A stretch of 64,000 nucleotides of DNA from Nostoc sp. DedSLP01 (GCA_034530875.2 JAVRCJ020000004.1:160001-224000), one strand, 5' to 3'. Shown: positions 1 through 10,887, numbered from the stretch's first letter. Translations and numbers: made by a program. Notes: generated from the sequence alone by a model not told the origin.

Positions 1-749
1 GGACTGCCGCCACCAAGGATTATAGCCGCACTTTTCCCTTCTGATTCGCGGGCATTATAGGCGATCGCTGCTGTCTCATTAACGTCAATTGCAGGGTCTA
101 AGACCAATTGCGAACCTTCCAAAGCCAAAGCTGCTACGTTCATCCCAATCGAGCTATCTCCAGGAGAAGAAGTATAAATTGGTACGCCATATTCATAAGC
201 TGTAGCCAGCAAGCAAGAATTTTGTACGCCTAATTGCTTTTCTACTTCCCGGACATACTTACCTAATAAATGGTGAAACTCAGCAGTTCCCATACGTTTT
301 TGGAAAGGTTCTGCTTGCAAAATCTTGCGGATAAAAGCATCGGTTTCTAACAGAACATCGTAGCCAAAGATAATGTCATAAATCCGGATTGTGCCTTGTT
401 GACGCAGTTTCACATCATCCAAAAACGGATTACCAGCAAACAGTTCAAAACCCAGACCGTAATGCATATCATGGTAAAGATTTGCACCAGTGCTGATTAT
501 CCAGTCGATAAAGCCGTTGCGAATTAAGGGCGCAAGCGCTGAAACCCCAAATCCTGCCGGCGTCATCGCACCGGAAAGGCTAACTCCTACAGTAACACCT
601 TCCGTCAGCACATCGCGGCTGAGTAGTTGGCAGATTTCCCGCAAACGTGCTGAGTTATAAGCAGTGAAGTAATTATCGATTAAATCTATTACACTGATAT
701 CATTTGATATAGGTGTAGGTGCGATTTTTTGGCCCAGCTGTTTAGACAT
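1..749 (-). CDS. speY: Deoxyhypusine synthase-like homospermidine synthase (runs off window start)
   Basis: Not in ORF track. Manual translation from ATG at 749: MSKQLGQKIAPTP...SLSGAMTPAGFG...IISTGANLYHDMH...YTSSPGDSSIGMN...IILGGGS, which are DHS-family motifs. Confidence 0.85.
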   Translation of the reverse strand, partial: MSKQLGQKIAPTPISNDISVIDLIDNYFTAYNSARLREICQLLSRDVLTEGVTVGVSLSGAMTPAGFGVSALAPLIRNGFIDWIISTGANLYHDMHYGLGFELFAGNPFLDDVKLRQQGTIRIYDIIFGYDVLLETDAFIRKILQAEPFQKRMGTAEFHHLLGKYVREVEKQLGVQNSCLLATAYEYGVPIYTSSPGDSSIGMNVAALALEGSQLVLDPAIDVNETAAIAYNARESEGKSAAIILGGGS

Positions 750-937
750 TTTGGCACTCCCGAACAGTAAACACGCCGAATTTAATGGTATCTAGCTTTG
801 AGCCAAAGTAACAGTAATACTATATAGCAAGGGACTGGGGACTGGGGATTGGGTGAAAAGTAGGGTCCGTTAGGACTGTCGTCCATAAGGCACCAAAAAT
901 TTCAGTGCGTGCAGTGCGTTAGCCTACTGATTCAGAG

Positions 938-3511
938 TTAGTTATTTTCAGCAGTTTGATATGCTTCCAGGAGCCTAGCATGATCGAGAGTAAATCCTAC
1001 TTGCATAGCTATCTGGGCAAATAAATCAATTTCAGGCTGTTGCCAGTCACGGGGTGCAGAACACTGATGTGCAATTAACAAGCCAAATAGCTGCTCGTCT
1101 TTGATAATAGGTGCAACTAAATTTGCTTTGACAGCAAAGGATTCGAGCAAGTTAATGTGACAATCAAGTAAACCAGATTCATAAATGTTGTTGACTGCGA
1201 CAACACGACCAGATTGGTACTTTTCGACATAGCTTTGAGTGAAGCAGGGGTCGTGGATTTTAGACCGCAAAACTTTGGGATAACCTGGAAGCACTGATTC
1301 GGCAATTATAATTCCAAACCAATTAGCGTAAAAGCTATAAATCAGTACTCTGTCAGTACTCAATGCTTTGCGAACTTCTTCTACGGTAGTTTTGAGAATA
1401 TCCTCTTCTTTGAGCGATTGACGAATGCTGCGGGTAATATCCATTAGTAACTGACTTCGCCTACTTTCAGCCTCGATTCGTTGCAGCAGCCTAGCATGGT
1501 CGAGAGCAAATCCCACTTGTATGGCTATCTGAGCAAATAAATCAATTTCAGACTGTTGCCAATTACGGGGTCTGGAACACTGATGTGCGATTAACAAGCC
1601 AAATAGCTGTCGATCTTTAATGATGGGGGCGACTAAGTTTGCTTTGACAGCAAAGGTTTCGAGTAAGTCAATGTGGCAATCTGCCAAACCGACTTCATAA
1701 ATATTATTTATCGCTAAAACGCGACCAGATTGATAGTCTTCGACGTAGCCTTGACCAAAGCACGGGTCTTCAATTTCAGCCCGCAAAACTTTCGGATAAC
1801 CTGGAATCACTGATTCAGCAATTACAGTTCCAGACCAATGAGCATTAAAGCTATAAACCATCACTCGGTCTGTACTAAGTAGTTTGCGAACCTCTTCTAC
1901 AGTACTTTTGAGGACATCCTCTTCGTTGAGTGATTGGCGAATGCTGCGGATTGTATCTGCTAGTAACTGACTTTGTACGCCTTCAGCCTCGATTCGTTGC
2001 ACCAACCTAGCATGGTCGAGAGCATATCCTACTTGTATGGCTATCTGGGTAAAGAAATCAATTTCAGACTGTTGCCAATCACGCGGTCTAGAACAATGAT
2101 GTGCAACTAACAAGCCAAATAGTTGCTCGTCTTTGATAATAGGTGCAACTAAATTTGCTTTCACCGCAAAAGATTCGAGCAAGTTAATGTGACAATCAGT
2201 CAAACCGGCTTGGTAAATGTTATTTGTAGCTTGAACGCGCCCAGCCTGATACTTGTCTACATAATCCTCAGCAAAACATGGGTCTCTAATTTCAGAGCGC
2301 AAAACTTTGGGATAACCTGGAACTACTGATTCCGCAATCACAGTTCCAGACCAGTCAGGATTAAAGCTGTAAACTATTACTCGGTCGGTACTTAGTGCTT
2401 TGCGAACTTCTTCTACAGTAGTTTTGATGACATCCTCTTCGTTGAGGGATTGGCGAATGCGGCGCGTAATTTCTATAAATATTTGGGCTTTATCTGCTTT
2501 AGTATCTACCTGTTGGAGAGTCTTGGCGTAGTCGAGGGCAAATCCCACTTGCGTGGCTATGTGAGCGAATAAATCAATTTCAGACTGCTGCCAAAGGCGA
2601 AGTCTGGAACACTGATGTCCAATCAATAAAGCGAATAACTGTTTGTCTTTGAAAATCGGTGCTACTAAATGAGATTTGACGCCAAATTGCTCGAGCAATT
2701 TAATATCATTTTCACTGAGATCCGTTTGATAAATATTATCAATAGCACGGGTAGAACCATTTTGATATTTTTCTATATACTCTGCCTCGAACCCAGAGTC
2801 CGAAACCGTAACTCCCAATAGTTTTGGTAACCCAGGTGCGACTGATTCTGTGATAAAGGTTCCATGAAAGTCGGAACTAAAGCAAAAGATAGTTACGCGA
2901 TCTAAGCTTAAAGCTTTGCGGATTTCTTCTGAGGTAGTTTTAAGAACATCTTCTTGGTTGAATGATTCTCGAACCCAGCGAGTAATTTTGGTCGATAATT
3001 GGGAATAATCAGTTTCGCGTTCTTTCTCTTCTACTAAAACCGAAAGCAACTCTGTGAATAAATTGATGTTTCTTTCTAACATCACTAATTCATCTTGGTT
3101 AGCGATGTAAACTTGAGTAAAATCACTGTCTGGACGCAGCCTATTTTTGATAAAATTAGTAGTCACAGCAGCGTTTTTAATTCGAGTCGTAGCTCGATTG
3201 ACTACAAAAGTTGCGATCGCACCTGCTAATACTGCTGTTACGCCCATACCAGCTAACAAGACTGAAAGCTCTCTGTGTAGATCCGCTTCAATTTCTGTGG
3301 GACTTTTTACATTCTCTTGTCGAATTTGCGGAATTTTCTTGGTAATTAAATTGCTTGCATAAAAGTAAGTAGCTGTCCCAATTGCAACTACAGGTAGAAC
3401 ACTAATGCTAAGTGCCCAAATTATTGCTCTAGTCTTTAAACTCCATTTTTGTTCCCAGAACTTTTGTTGATGATTGCGTCTTCCTTGGTTTTGAGAAAAA
3501 GACTTATTCAT
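938..3511 (-). CDS. Membrane-anchored multi-GAF cyanobacteriochrome (2 TM, degenerate HAMP, 4 GAF, no output domain)
   Basis: GAF2-4 carry DPCF and CH motifs; GAF1 lacks both Cys; likely start MNKSFS at 3511. Confidence 0.85.
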   Translation of the reverse strand: MNKSFSQNQGRRNHQQKFWEQKWSLKTRAIIWALSISVLPVVAIGTATYFYASNLITKKIPQIRQENVKSPTEIEADLHRELSVLLAGMGVTAVLAGAIATFVVNRATTRIKNAAVTTNFIKNRLRPDSDFTQVYIANQDELVMLERNINLFTELLSVLVEEKERETDYSQLSTKITRWVRESFNQEDVLKTTSEEIRKALSLDRVTIFCFSSDFHGTFITESVAPGLPKLLGVTVSDSGFEAEYIEKYQNGSTRAIDNIYQTDLSENDIKLLEQFGVKSHLVAPIFKDKQLFALLIGHQCSRLRLWQQSEIDLFAHIATQVGFALDYAKTLQQVDTKADKAQIFIEITRRIRQSLNEEDVIKTTVEEVRKALSTDRVIVYSFNPDWSGTVIAESVVPGYPKVLRSEIRDPCFAEDYVDKYQAGRVQATNNIYQAGLTDCHINLLESFAVKANLVAPIIKDEQLFGLLVAHHCSRPRDWQQSEIDFFTQIAIQVGYALDHARLVQRIEAEGVQSQLLADTIRSIRQSLNEEDVLKSTVEEVRKLLSTDRVMVYSFNAHWSGTVIAESVIPGYPKVLRAEIEDPCFGQGYVEDYQSGRVLAINNIYEVGLADCHIDLLETFAVKANLVAPIIKDRQLFGLLIAHQCSRPRNWQQSEIDLFAQIAIQVGFALDHARLLQRIEAESRRSQLLMDITRSIRQSLKEEDILKTTVEEVRKALSTDRVLIYSFYANWFGIIIAESVLPGYPKVLRSKIHDPCFTQSYVEKYQSGRVVAVNNIYESGLLDCHINLLESFAVKANLVAPIIKDEQLFGLLIAHQCSAPRDWQQPEIDLFAQIAMQVGFTLDHARLLEAYQTAENN

Positions 3512-3836
3512 AAATGAAACCTGTATGCACTGCAATTGAAAATCTCAACTTAATCAGCTCAACACCATATTTTCAAAAAATCTGATTTTACAATAGCTAG
3601 GGTTGACGAGCATTTTGAGGTATTAACCCTCTACATCCTGTCCTATAAAGATTGGGTTTTTTGGGATCTTAAAAAAATCAGGTCTGAGTGACAGAATCGC
3701 TGTTTGTGCAATAGCGTTTGATTAAAAAAGAAAGTAAAAATAAATTCAATAACATTTTAGTCCGTTAGGGTGCGCCATTAGGAGTTTAGCATTGCTAACT
3801 GTTAGTAGACATTTAGGTGCTATTTTTGTAGTATTT

Positions 3837-3852
3837 TGTGACACATGTTACA
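3837..3852. promoter_or_regulatory. Possible CRP/NtcA-family binding site
   Basis: TGTGA-CACATG-TTACA, one mismatch from TGTGA-N6-TCACA and from TGTA-N8-TACA; ~330 nt upstream of the CBCR gene. Confidence 0.3.
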
Positions 3853-4280
3853 AATAACATATTGTTTACATTTCCAGTCCTTATAGCAATTATCTATCAA
3901 ATTGCTATGTATTGCAGTGAAAAATTATTAGGACTTATTCTCACAACAGTCAGCTGATTTTACGTTGTTAAAGAATGTTCATTGTTGAAGTATGACATTT
4001 GCGCTTTTACGTCGTCCCAGCATTCTGAATAATACAGTTAAAGCTTAATATTGCGAGAATTCAGCAGTTATCAATGTAAATTCTTGTAAAACTTTCATTT
4101 TATTTAATATTGCTTTAGTTATCTTCTCTGCTTCTTATATCGTAGTCGTATATACAGGATTATCTCAAAGCTCGATTTTTGTAATCTGCATTTGCGATCG
4201 CATTTTTGGCGTTTTGAAAATAGCAACTCGGGACTAGTGGAAGAAACTAGATTTTTGGCGGGAGTTAGTGGCTTGTCTGA

Positions 4281-4411
4281 TAAGTAGCTCAGTGTTAAAA
4301 ATCATCGTTACGATAAGGCAGGAGGCAGGGTGCAGCGGGCAAGAAGGAAGAGGATTACAGCTTGGTTTATTTTTCTTAAGGTAGTTTTGTTTTTTCCCAC
4401 CGATTTACTTA
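4281..4411. mobile_element. MITE-like dispersed repeat
   Basis: Ends TAAGTAG...TTACTTA are imperfect inverted repeats, with internal GGCAGGA-type short repeats. Confidence 0.4.
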
Positions 4412-4757
4412 ACTGAGGAGTTAGGCACTGAAGCCTGAAAGCGTGATTCTATCGTTCTATCCTACGAATCGCTTTCTGTATGATGGGTTTGATGCCTATT
4501 GATAAAGAATTTATTGCAAATAATTAGCAATTATTTGGGAAGAATATTGCATTGTGGAAAAAAGTGCTATCAATTTACAATCAAAAGTATTTTGGCAAAA
4601 AATAATCAGTATTTAGCAGGAGTTTTTTGCAGAATTTTATCTAAACTTTATTTTTTAACTAAATTCAATAAGCAAAAGTTGCAATTAATCTATCAAAATG
4701 AAGTTTGGCTTTCTCAAAATGCTTAATTGCCTTCTGATTTCAGTAGATTCAGCAAGT

Positions 4758-4820
4758 AAAATCAGCTTTTGCTTTCTCATTTTGGTGTTTTCCGCAAACA
4801 AAATCAGCTTTTGCTTTCTC
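4758..4820. repeat. 21-nt perfect direct repeat pair
   Basis: AAAATCAGCTTTTGCTTTCTC at 4758 and 4800 (42-nt period). Confidence 0.8.
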
Positions 4821-5237
4821 GTTTGGTTAGCTTAATGAAGATGCACCATATATTCTGAGTTTTAGTATCAGTGTTGTTGCAGCAGTATCAGAGTGGTGTC
4901 AAAATTTTCTGACATTTTTCAGAATAAAATTCTGGGTTTTTCAGGAACATTTTGAGGCTAATCAAAAACTACGGTATTTGCATCGGATTTAGATACAAAA
5001 GACAGAGTAATTTCAGAGTTTTAGCTGAAAAAGCTTGTCCAATAACAATTTTGGGTATTTTACGATTAGGCTCGCTACTTTCTGAATTTGGCAAAATAGA
5101 CGCCGAAATGAAATTCCCACTTTTTTGTGTGCATATATGGTTTTTCGATTAATTTCGAGATTTTAATATGCATAATTTTCAGTTTACCTGGCGTAAATTA
5201 ATTGTGTATAAAGCAGCAAACTAAACTGATACGTCTT

Positions 5238-7391
5238 ATGAATAACAATATTTATAACTTAACAGCTACTCCAGCTACTATTGCAATTATTGGTGGTGGT
5301 TTTAGCGGTTCTTTGGTTGCAGCCAATCTTTTACGTCATGCAAATACACCACTATCTATTAAATTGATTGAACGAAATTCTGAAGTGGGGAAAGGAGTTG
5401 CTTACGGTACGCCAGTAGATTGTCATTTGCTGAATGTACCAGCTGGAAAGATGAGTGCATTTGCAGACGAACCAAATCACTTTCTCAACTGGCTGCACGG
5501 TAACGGACACGAACAGGTAACTGCATCTACTTTTGTGCCGCGCCAGGTTTACGGAGATTACGTGCAGGCGACTTTAAAAGCAGCACAAGTGAATGCAGCA
5601 GCTGATGTGCAGTTAGAAAGAATTGTAGATGAAGCGATCGCCATTGAAACAAAATCCTCTAGCACAATCGTATATCTGGGCAGCGGTAAGCGTTTGGATG
5701 TACAAAAGGCTGTGTTAGCTTTAGGAAATTTCCCGGCAATTGTGCCTCAACCAATTGCTAATTTAAACCAGCAATATCTTAAAGATGCTTGGTCGAGTAA
5801 TGCGATCGCCGATTTAGATTCAGAAGATGCTATTCTCTTGGTGGGTACGGGCTTAACAATGGCGGATACCGTAGTTGCCTTACGCCAGCAAGGTTTTCAA
5901 GGAAAAATCCATGCTGTCTCGCGCCACGGATTAATGCCTTGTCGTCACAAATCAACAACGCCTTATCCCGCATTTATTGATGTCGAAACTGCACCAAAAA
6001 CCGCACGAGGACTACTACATATAGTACGTCAAGAACTGCGATCGGCACTGAGTCAAGGGCAAGATTGGCGTGCAGTAATCGATGCCATTCGTCCAGTGAC
6101 TCAACAACTGTGGCAAGCATTACCATTGACAGAACAAAAGCGATTTTTACGCCATGTCAAAGCTTATTGGGAAGTTCGCCGCCATCGCATAGCCGCAGAA
6201 ATTGCTCAAGTACTTGATGCTGCAATGGAATCTGGCCAACTGATCCATTATGCAGGTCGAATTCAAAGCTGTCAGCAGTTGGAAAATGCAGTGAATGTCA
6301 AAATTTGCCAACGCGGGACGCACAAAAATATTGTTTTGCGAGTCAACCGAATTATAAACTGCACCGGTGCAAATTGCGATTACCGGAGATTACAACACCC
6401 ATTGGTCGCCAGTTTGCAAGAACAGCGCTTGATTCGTGCTAATTCATTATCGATGGGAATCGACACAGCCGCCAATGGTGCGGTGATAGATGCAGATGGC
6501 AAAGCATCTGAAATGTTGTACACCTTAGGGACACCGCGCAAAGGCAATCTTTGGGAAACTACAGCCGTTCCAGAAATTAGGGTTCAAGCAGCAAGTTTGG
6601 CGCAGGAGTTACTGAAATCTCTCAATTCCTATGCTACTCCTGTGGAAGGAAATCTATCATTGACGTTGAGGAAACCTGTCATGCTATTTCGTCAACTGTT
6701 CGATAAAGAATCGAGTACCTATACTTACTTGATTGCTGACCTGGAAACTAAAACAGCCGTCTTAGTTGATTCTGTATTGGAACAAGTTGAACGCGATTTA
6801 AAAGTATTGCAACAATTAGATCTGACTTTACGTTACTGTCTGGAAACTCACATCCATGCCGACCACATCACAGGTACAGACAGACTCAGGTCGCTGACTG
6901 GTTGTTTAGCTATTGTGCCTGAGAATTCAGCGGCTGCTTGTGCAGACCGCTATATTGGCGATAATGATATTTTGCAATTGGGGAATGTACGGATTAGAGC
7001 GATCGCTACTCCCGGTCATACTAACAGCCATTTGGCATACTTAGTCAACGACACTCATCTATTAACTGGAGATGCCTTATTTATCCGGGGTTGCGGTCGT
7101 ACCGACTTCCAAAACGGCGACCCAGGAGCATTATATGATGCCGTGACTCAAAAGCTATTTGCATTACCAGAAGACACCTTAGTATATCCCGGTCACGACT
7201 ACCAAGGGCAGACAGCATCCACCATTGGCGAAGAAAAGCGCTGGAATCCTCGCTTTGCCGGACGCACCCGCAACGAGTTCATCGAACAAATGAACAACCT
7301 CAATCTACCCAAACCGAAAAAAATATCGGAAGCGGTACCTGCAAATCAACAGTGTGGCAAAGTTTTAGTTGCATTGGATTACCAAATTTGA
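5238..7391 (+). CDS. FAD/NAD(P)-binding protein (COG4529/YdhS-like) fused to ETHE1-like persulfide dioxygenase (MBL fold)
   Basis: N-term IIGGGFSG, LLNVPAGKMSAF, VGTGLTMAD, INCTG, WETTAVPEIRVQA; C-term ETHIHADHITG, TPGHT, TGDALFIRGCGRTDFQ, YPGHDY. Confidence 0.85.
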   Translation: MNNNIYNLTATPATIAIIGGGFSGSLVAANLLRHANTPLSIKLIERNSEVGKGVAYGTPVDCHLLNVPAGKMSAFADEPNHFLNWLHGNGHEQVTASTFVPRQVYGDYVQATLKAAQVNAAADVQLERIVDEAIAIETKSSSTIVYLGSGKRLDVQKAVLALGNFPAIVPQPIANLNQQYLKDAWSSNAIADLDSEDAILLVGTGLTMADTVVALRQQGFQGKIHAVSRHGLMPCRHKSTTPYPAFIDVETAPKTARGLLHIVRQELRSALSQGQDWRAVIDAIRPVTQQLWQALPLTEQKRFLRHVKAYWEVRRHRIAAEIAQVLDAAMESGQLIHYAGRIQSCQQLENAVNVKICQRGTHKNIVLRVNRIINCTGANCDYRRLQHPLVASLQEQRLIRANSLSMGIDTAANGAVIDADGKASEMLYTLGTPRKGNLWETTAVPEIRVQAASLAQELLKSLNSYATPVEGNLSLTLRKPVMLFRQLFDKESSTYTYLIADLETKTAVLVDSVLEQVERDLKVLQQLDLTLRYCLETHIHADHITGTDRLRSLTGCLAIVPENSAAACADRYIGDNDILQLGNVRIRAIATPGHTNSHLAYLVNDTHLLTGDALFIRGCGRTDFQNGDPGALYDAVTQKLFALPEDTLVYPGHDYQGQTASTIGEEKRWNPRFAGRTRNEFIEQMNNLNLPKPKKISEAVPANQQCGKVLVALDYQI

Positions 7392-7769
7392 AATTGCCAT
7401 TTATCGTTAATTTCTGGAACCTTGCCATATTTTCCTAGTCAAGGAACGAGCCGATATGCATAAAAAGTGCAAAATAGTCTAAGAGTACTTTAAAGATTCT
7501 ATTAATTCGGCTCTCCTGACCTCGATCGCATTTTACAAAACAACTCAGGAACTATTCAATTTTTTCTCACGTCTGGCTGTTATTACCCTTATCGTGTCTA
7601 ATTTCTAGGCTTGCGATCGCTCCTGAAGAACCGCTTGTTATGGTTACAAGTGAAGGAGTATTAATTTTTGTATAGTTATATTTATTCATTTTTTTGGCAC
7701 TTTTTCCCGTAATTACTCTATTCAGTTTTGTTTTAAGTAGTAGTTGCGTTAATTAATGTATCTAGAAAT

Positions 7770-8981
7770 ATGCAATTACTCAGAAATATTATTAGTTCTG
7801 TTAGTCAGCAATTTGCAAACAATGCTTCTGAAGAAAATAAACAGATTGATTGGTTTGATAAGCCAGAGATTGGTTTTCAACAAGGAAGCGTTTCTCGAGA
7901 TAATATCTTTCAAAATGATTTCTACAAACCGACAGTAGAAATGTTAGAAGCGAAAAATTCTTGGCTATTAACCCAGTGGAGTGCAAGCGTAATTGCAGCA
8001 TCAGAAAATGCAAATAAAGTAGCTGAAAGAGTATCTCAAAAAATTGATTATTTGGAACAAGAAATTGAAGTTTTAAGCAAGGAGAAATATGCAGCAGAAA
8101 GTGCTATACAACTTTTGCGAAAAGAGGAATACGAACAACAGCTTTCTCAAATAAAGCCCTACAAGAAACCTTTGTGGCATTGGCTGTTAGTATTTGGGCT
8201 TTCTTACTCACTTTTTTTAGGTCTGAATAAGCATTCTGATGTAGAGCTAAAACGTTTGAAGCCTGTTCAATATCCAATTGCAGCGTTAAATCTATCTGCT
8301 GCTGTGGGTATTACATTATCCATTAAAGCCACAATGTCATCTTTAGGAAAACGCAGTCAAAAATTTGATGTTGAATCCGGTTTTAACGATCTAAACTACC
8401 TTGGCACTTTTCCTTGGTGGTCGCTACTTCAAAAAGGTAACGGAGCCTTATGGCTTGGATTAGGCTTCATTACTTTAGAAACTTGTTTTGCTTTTCCCGG
8501 ATTAATCAGTATTTTGCAAACAAGTTTAGCCAAGCAAGCTATCTATCAAGTAGCAACATTTGGAGCATCTGCTCTCTCTGCAACAGTCAATATTGCTCTT
8601 GCTTGGAGTACAGGATTAGAAGAGGCAATGCATATACACGTACAAGAATTAGAGGCACAGAAACTTAACGAACAGCTAAAAGAAATCCTCGACCCTAAAG
8701 AAGATTATAAAATCGCTACGAACAATGAGTTATATAGAAGAAAAATCGAAGCTGCCGATCGGAGAATAGAAGAACTGCAAGAAGAAATTAGAAAACAAGA
8801 AGAGTTCCGCGATCGAGCAGAAGAAAAAGCTCGGTTGGAGCACGAACGCTGGGGATATTTAATGAAACAATACATCGAAAAACCTGGACAATCTAGCCCT
8901 CATCAGTATAGTCAGAATAGCCAAATTCCTACAGCCTCCAATAATGGAAATAAAAAACTTCAAGTGCAGCAGCAAAATTAA
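7770..8981 (+). CDS. Hypothetical membrane protein (coiled coil, ~4 TM, coiled coil)
   Basis: 403-aa ORF; four hydrophobic segments flanked by E/K/Q/R-rich helical regions. Confidence 0.7.
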   Translation: MQLLRNIISSVSQQFANNASEENKQIDWFDKPEIGFQQGSVSRDNIFQNDFYKPTVEMLEAKNSWLLTQWSASVIAASENANKVAERVSQKIDYLEQEIEVLSKEKYAAESAIQLLRKEEYEQQLSQIKPYKKPLWHWLLVFGLSYSLFLGLNKHSDVELKRLKPVQYPIAALNLSAAVGITLSIKATMSSLGKRSQKFDVESGFNDLNYLGTFPWWSLLQKGNGALWLGLGFITLETCFAFPGLISILQTSLAKQAIYQVATFGASALSATVNIALAWSTGLEEAMHIHVQELEAQKLNEQLKEILDPKEDYKIATNNELYRRKIEAADRRIEELQEEIRKQEEFRDRAEEKARLEHERWGYLMKQYIEKPGQSSPHQYSQNSQIPTASNNGNKKLQVQQQN

Positions 8982-9304
8982 GTGTAATTTATAGGACTCC
9001 TACTTGATTTTTCAAAAAAATCATTACACTTTTTCTCTGTTAAGAGTTTCTTCTCTCTACAACTGATTCTCCGAACAAAATCGAATTACTATAGCCATGA
9101 GATTTGTCGCTTAATAACATTTACTTAACTTGAGATATCGATAAATCAAAAGTTTTGAAATGCACATTCTTATTAGACGACAATTCTATTACAAAAGACA
9201 TCTGAAGAATATTTCTATAGTGTCTATTCTAACAAATATTCTTGACTCCTTTACCAAATACTTTCAGGAATTAGTGCCTAACTACAATTACTAAGAGGTT
9301 AAGT

Positions 9305-9964
9305 ATGAATCGCAAGTCTGTTTTGAAAAAACAAAATTCTACTAATGACAAAAACATGATGATGAAGTTAGGTATTACAGGTAGTGCAATGACTACAGCA
9401 TTGGTTGCTTTCATTGGATTTAGTAAAATACCTTCAACGCCAACCAAACCTGATGCACAAGTTTATATTGCTTATCAACTTAACAACGAGAAAGCAGTAA
9501 CCTTTGTAACAGACATCAACGATAAATTTTCTCGCACTAACTCAGAATATCCGACGAATGTCGATATTTTGAAAGGTGGGCGGGTATCTAATATTTATGG
9601 CGTGTCTTCAGAAGGGTCTATTCGAGATATTGAAAAAGATTTGCATGTCACGCCTTCTGACGAACGAGCATTGATTCAAGCACTCAATCGAATTAAAGGC
9701 TTGATTAATGAAAAGCAGAAATTACATGCATTTATTGTTACTGAAGGAAGCGACGATAAGTCAACCTTGAAAAAAATTCAGAACATTGCTGAAGAAATAG
9801 CGAACAAAAAACCTCAAAATTTTTATATCTATCTTCTGGGGCTGAAGCCAGAGTTGAAAATCGAGTTTTCGGATGCTTTTCATGCAATAAAAGAAATTGT
9901 CAGCTCATGCCCTAATACTCAGTACGAGCAGTGTTCCTCCTTGGTTGAAAAAATAGAGGAATAA
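9305..9964 (+). CDS. Membrane-anchored protein with degenerate vWA-like domain
   Basis: N-terminal hydrophobic anchor; ALIQALNRI, HAFIVTEG, FYIYLLGL resemble the vWA pattern; RBS-like GAGG upstream. Confidence 0.6.
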   Translation: MNRKSVLKKQNSTNDKNMMMKLGITGSAMTTALVAFIGFSKIPSTPTKPDAQVYIAYQLNNEKAVTFVTDINDKFSRTNSEYPTNVDILKGGRVSNIYGVSSEGSIRDIEKDLHVTPSDERALIQALNRIKGLINEKQKLHAFIVTEGSDDKSTLKKIQNIAEEIANKKPQNFYIYLLGLKPELKIEFSDAFHAIKEIVSSCPNTQYEQCSSLVEKIEE

Positions 9965-10332
9965 CTACATTATTTTTGGTTAATTAGTTTGAAGTTAGTA
10001 GAAAATCAAATGATAATTAATCCCCTCAGAATTACCACACAGTAGTTTGAGGGACTTATCTTAAGTTTGCATGATTCGTCAGCTTTATCCCGTAAAGAAG
10101 CATACAAGCGATCGCTAATACCGCTGTATAAAAAATAAGCAATTCTATTCTGAAACGCTTGCAAATCATCCATATTAGATTGTATATAATTCTTTTTTAG
10201 TATAAAAATATATACATACAATTTTTGATAATACCAATAAAAAGTTTGATTTTCCTTGTCTCTAACGATAGATATATTTTATTAACTAATAGTTTAGATT
10301 TGTAACAGATTACACAGAACTAGGTAGAACAC

Positions 10333-10737
10333 ATGGCTAACATAATCGACACCGCTGTTAATGCTGGTTCTTTCAAGACCTTAGTTGCAGCAATCCAAGC
10401 AGCTAATTTAGTAGATACTCTGCAAGGCGATGGCCCATTCACTGTCTTTGCACCTACAGATGAAGCGTTTAACAAGCTTCCAGCCGGTACAGTAGATAGT
10501 TTACTTCAAGACATTCCCCAACTCACGAAAATCTTGACCTATCATGTTGTCCCAGGTAAAGTACTGGCTGCTGATGTGGTTAAACTGGATACAGCTACAA
10601 CAGTTGAAGGTTCAGATGTGAAAATTAACGCTTCTAATGGCAGCGTTAAAATAAATGATGCAACAGTTGCAACCCCGGATGTTAATGCTGATAACGGTGT
10701 CATCCACGTTATTGACACAGTTTTAATTCCTGCATAA
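10333..10737 (+). CDS. Fasciclin (FAS1) domain protein
   Basis: [31 protein letters not shown]. Confidence 0.95.
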   Translation: MANIIDTAVNAGSFKTLVAAIQAANLVDTLQGDGPFTVFAPTDEAFNKLPAGTVDSLLQDIPQLTKILTYHVVPGKVLAADVVKLDTATTVEGSDVKINASNGSVKINDATVATPDVNADNGVIHVIDTVLIPA

Positions 10738-10837
10738 GCAAATGTGAAAATAGCAAATGCTATTTGTGGGGTGTTGACTATTTATAGTCTTTCTCCATAA
10801 CTGTTTGAACCTTTTTTAGCAAACATTAGCTATCAAT

Positions 10838-10868
10838 AAATCCATCTAGATAGTATCTAGATGGATTT
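10838..10868. terminator. Perfect hairpin between convergent genes (probable bidirectional terminator)
   Basis: AAATCCATCTAGATA-G-TATCTAGATGGATTT. Confidence 0.55.
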
Positions 10869-10887
10869 GTTGTTTGAATGAGTACAA

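Noticed and set aside
808..820. NtcA-like site upstream of speY
   Set aside because: GTA-N7-TAC spacing is one short of consensus
4758..4820. Possible mini-CRISPR (repeat-spacer-repeat)
   Set aside because: Only two 21-nt repeats, a 21-nt spacer, no palindrome and no cas genes in the window
4499..5152. Short ORFs of 75 and 66 aa in the intergenic region
   Set aside because: TTG starts, AT-rich, no motifs; likely spurious
10302..10315. NtcA-like site upstream of the fasciclin gene
   Set aside because: GTA-N8-CAC mismatch, and too close to the start codon for a standard activated promoter
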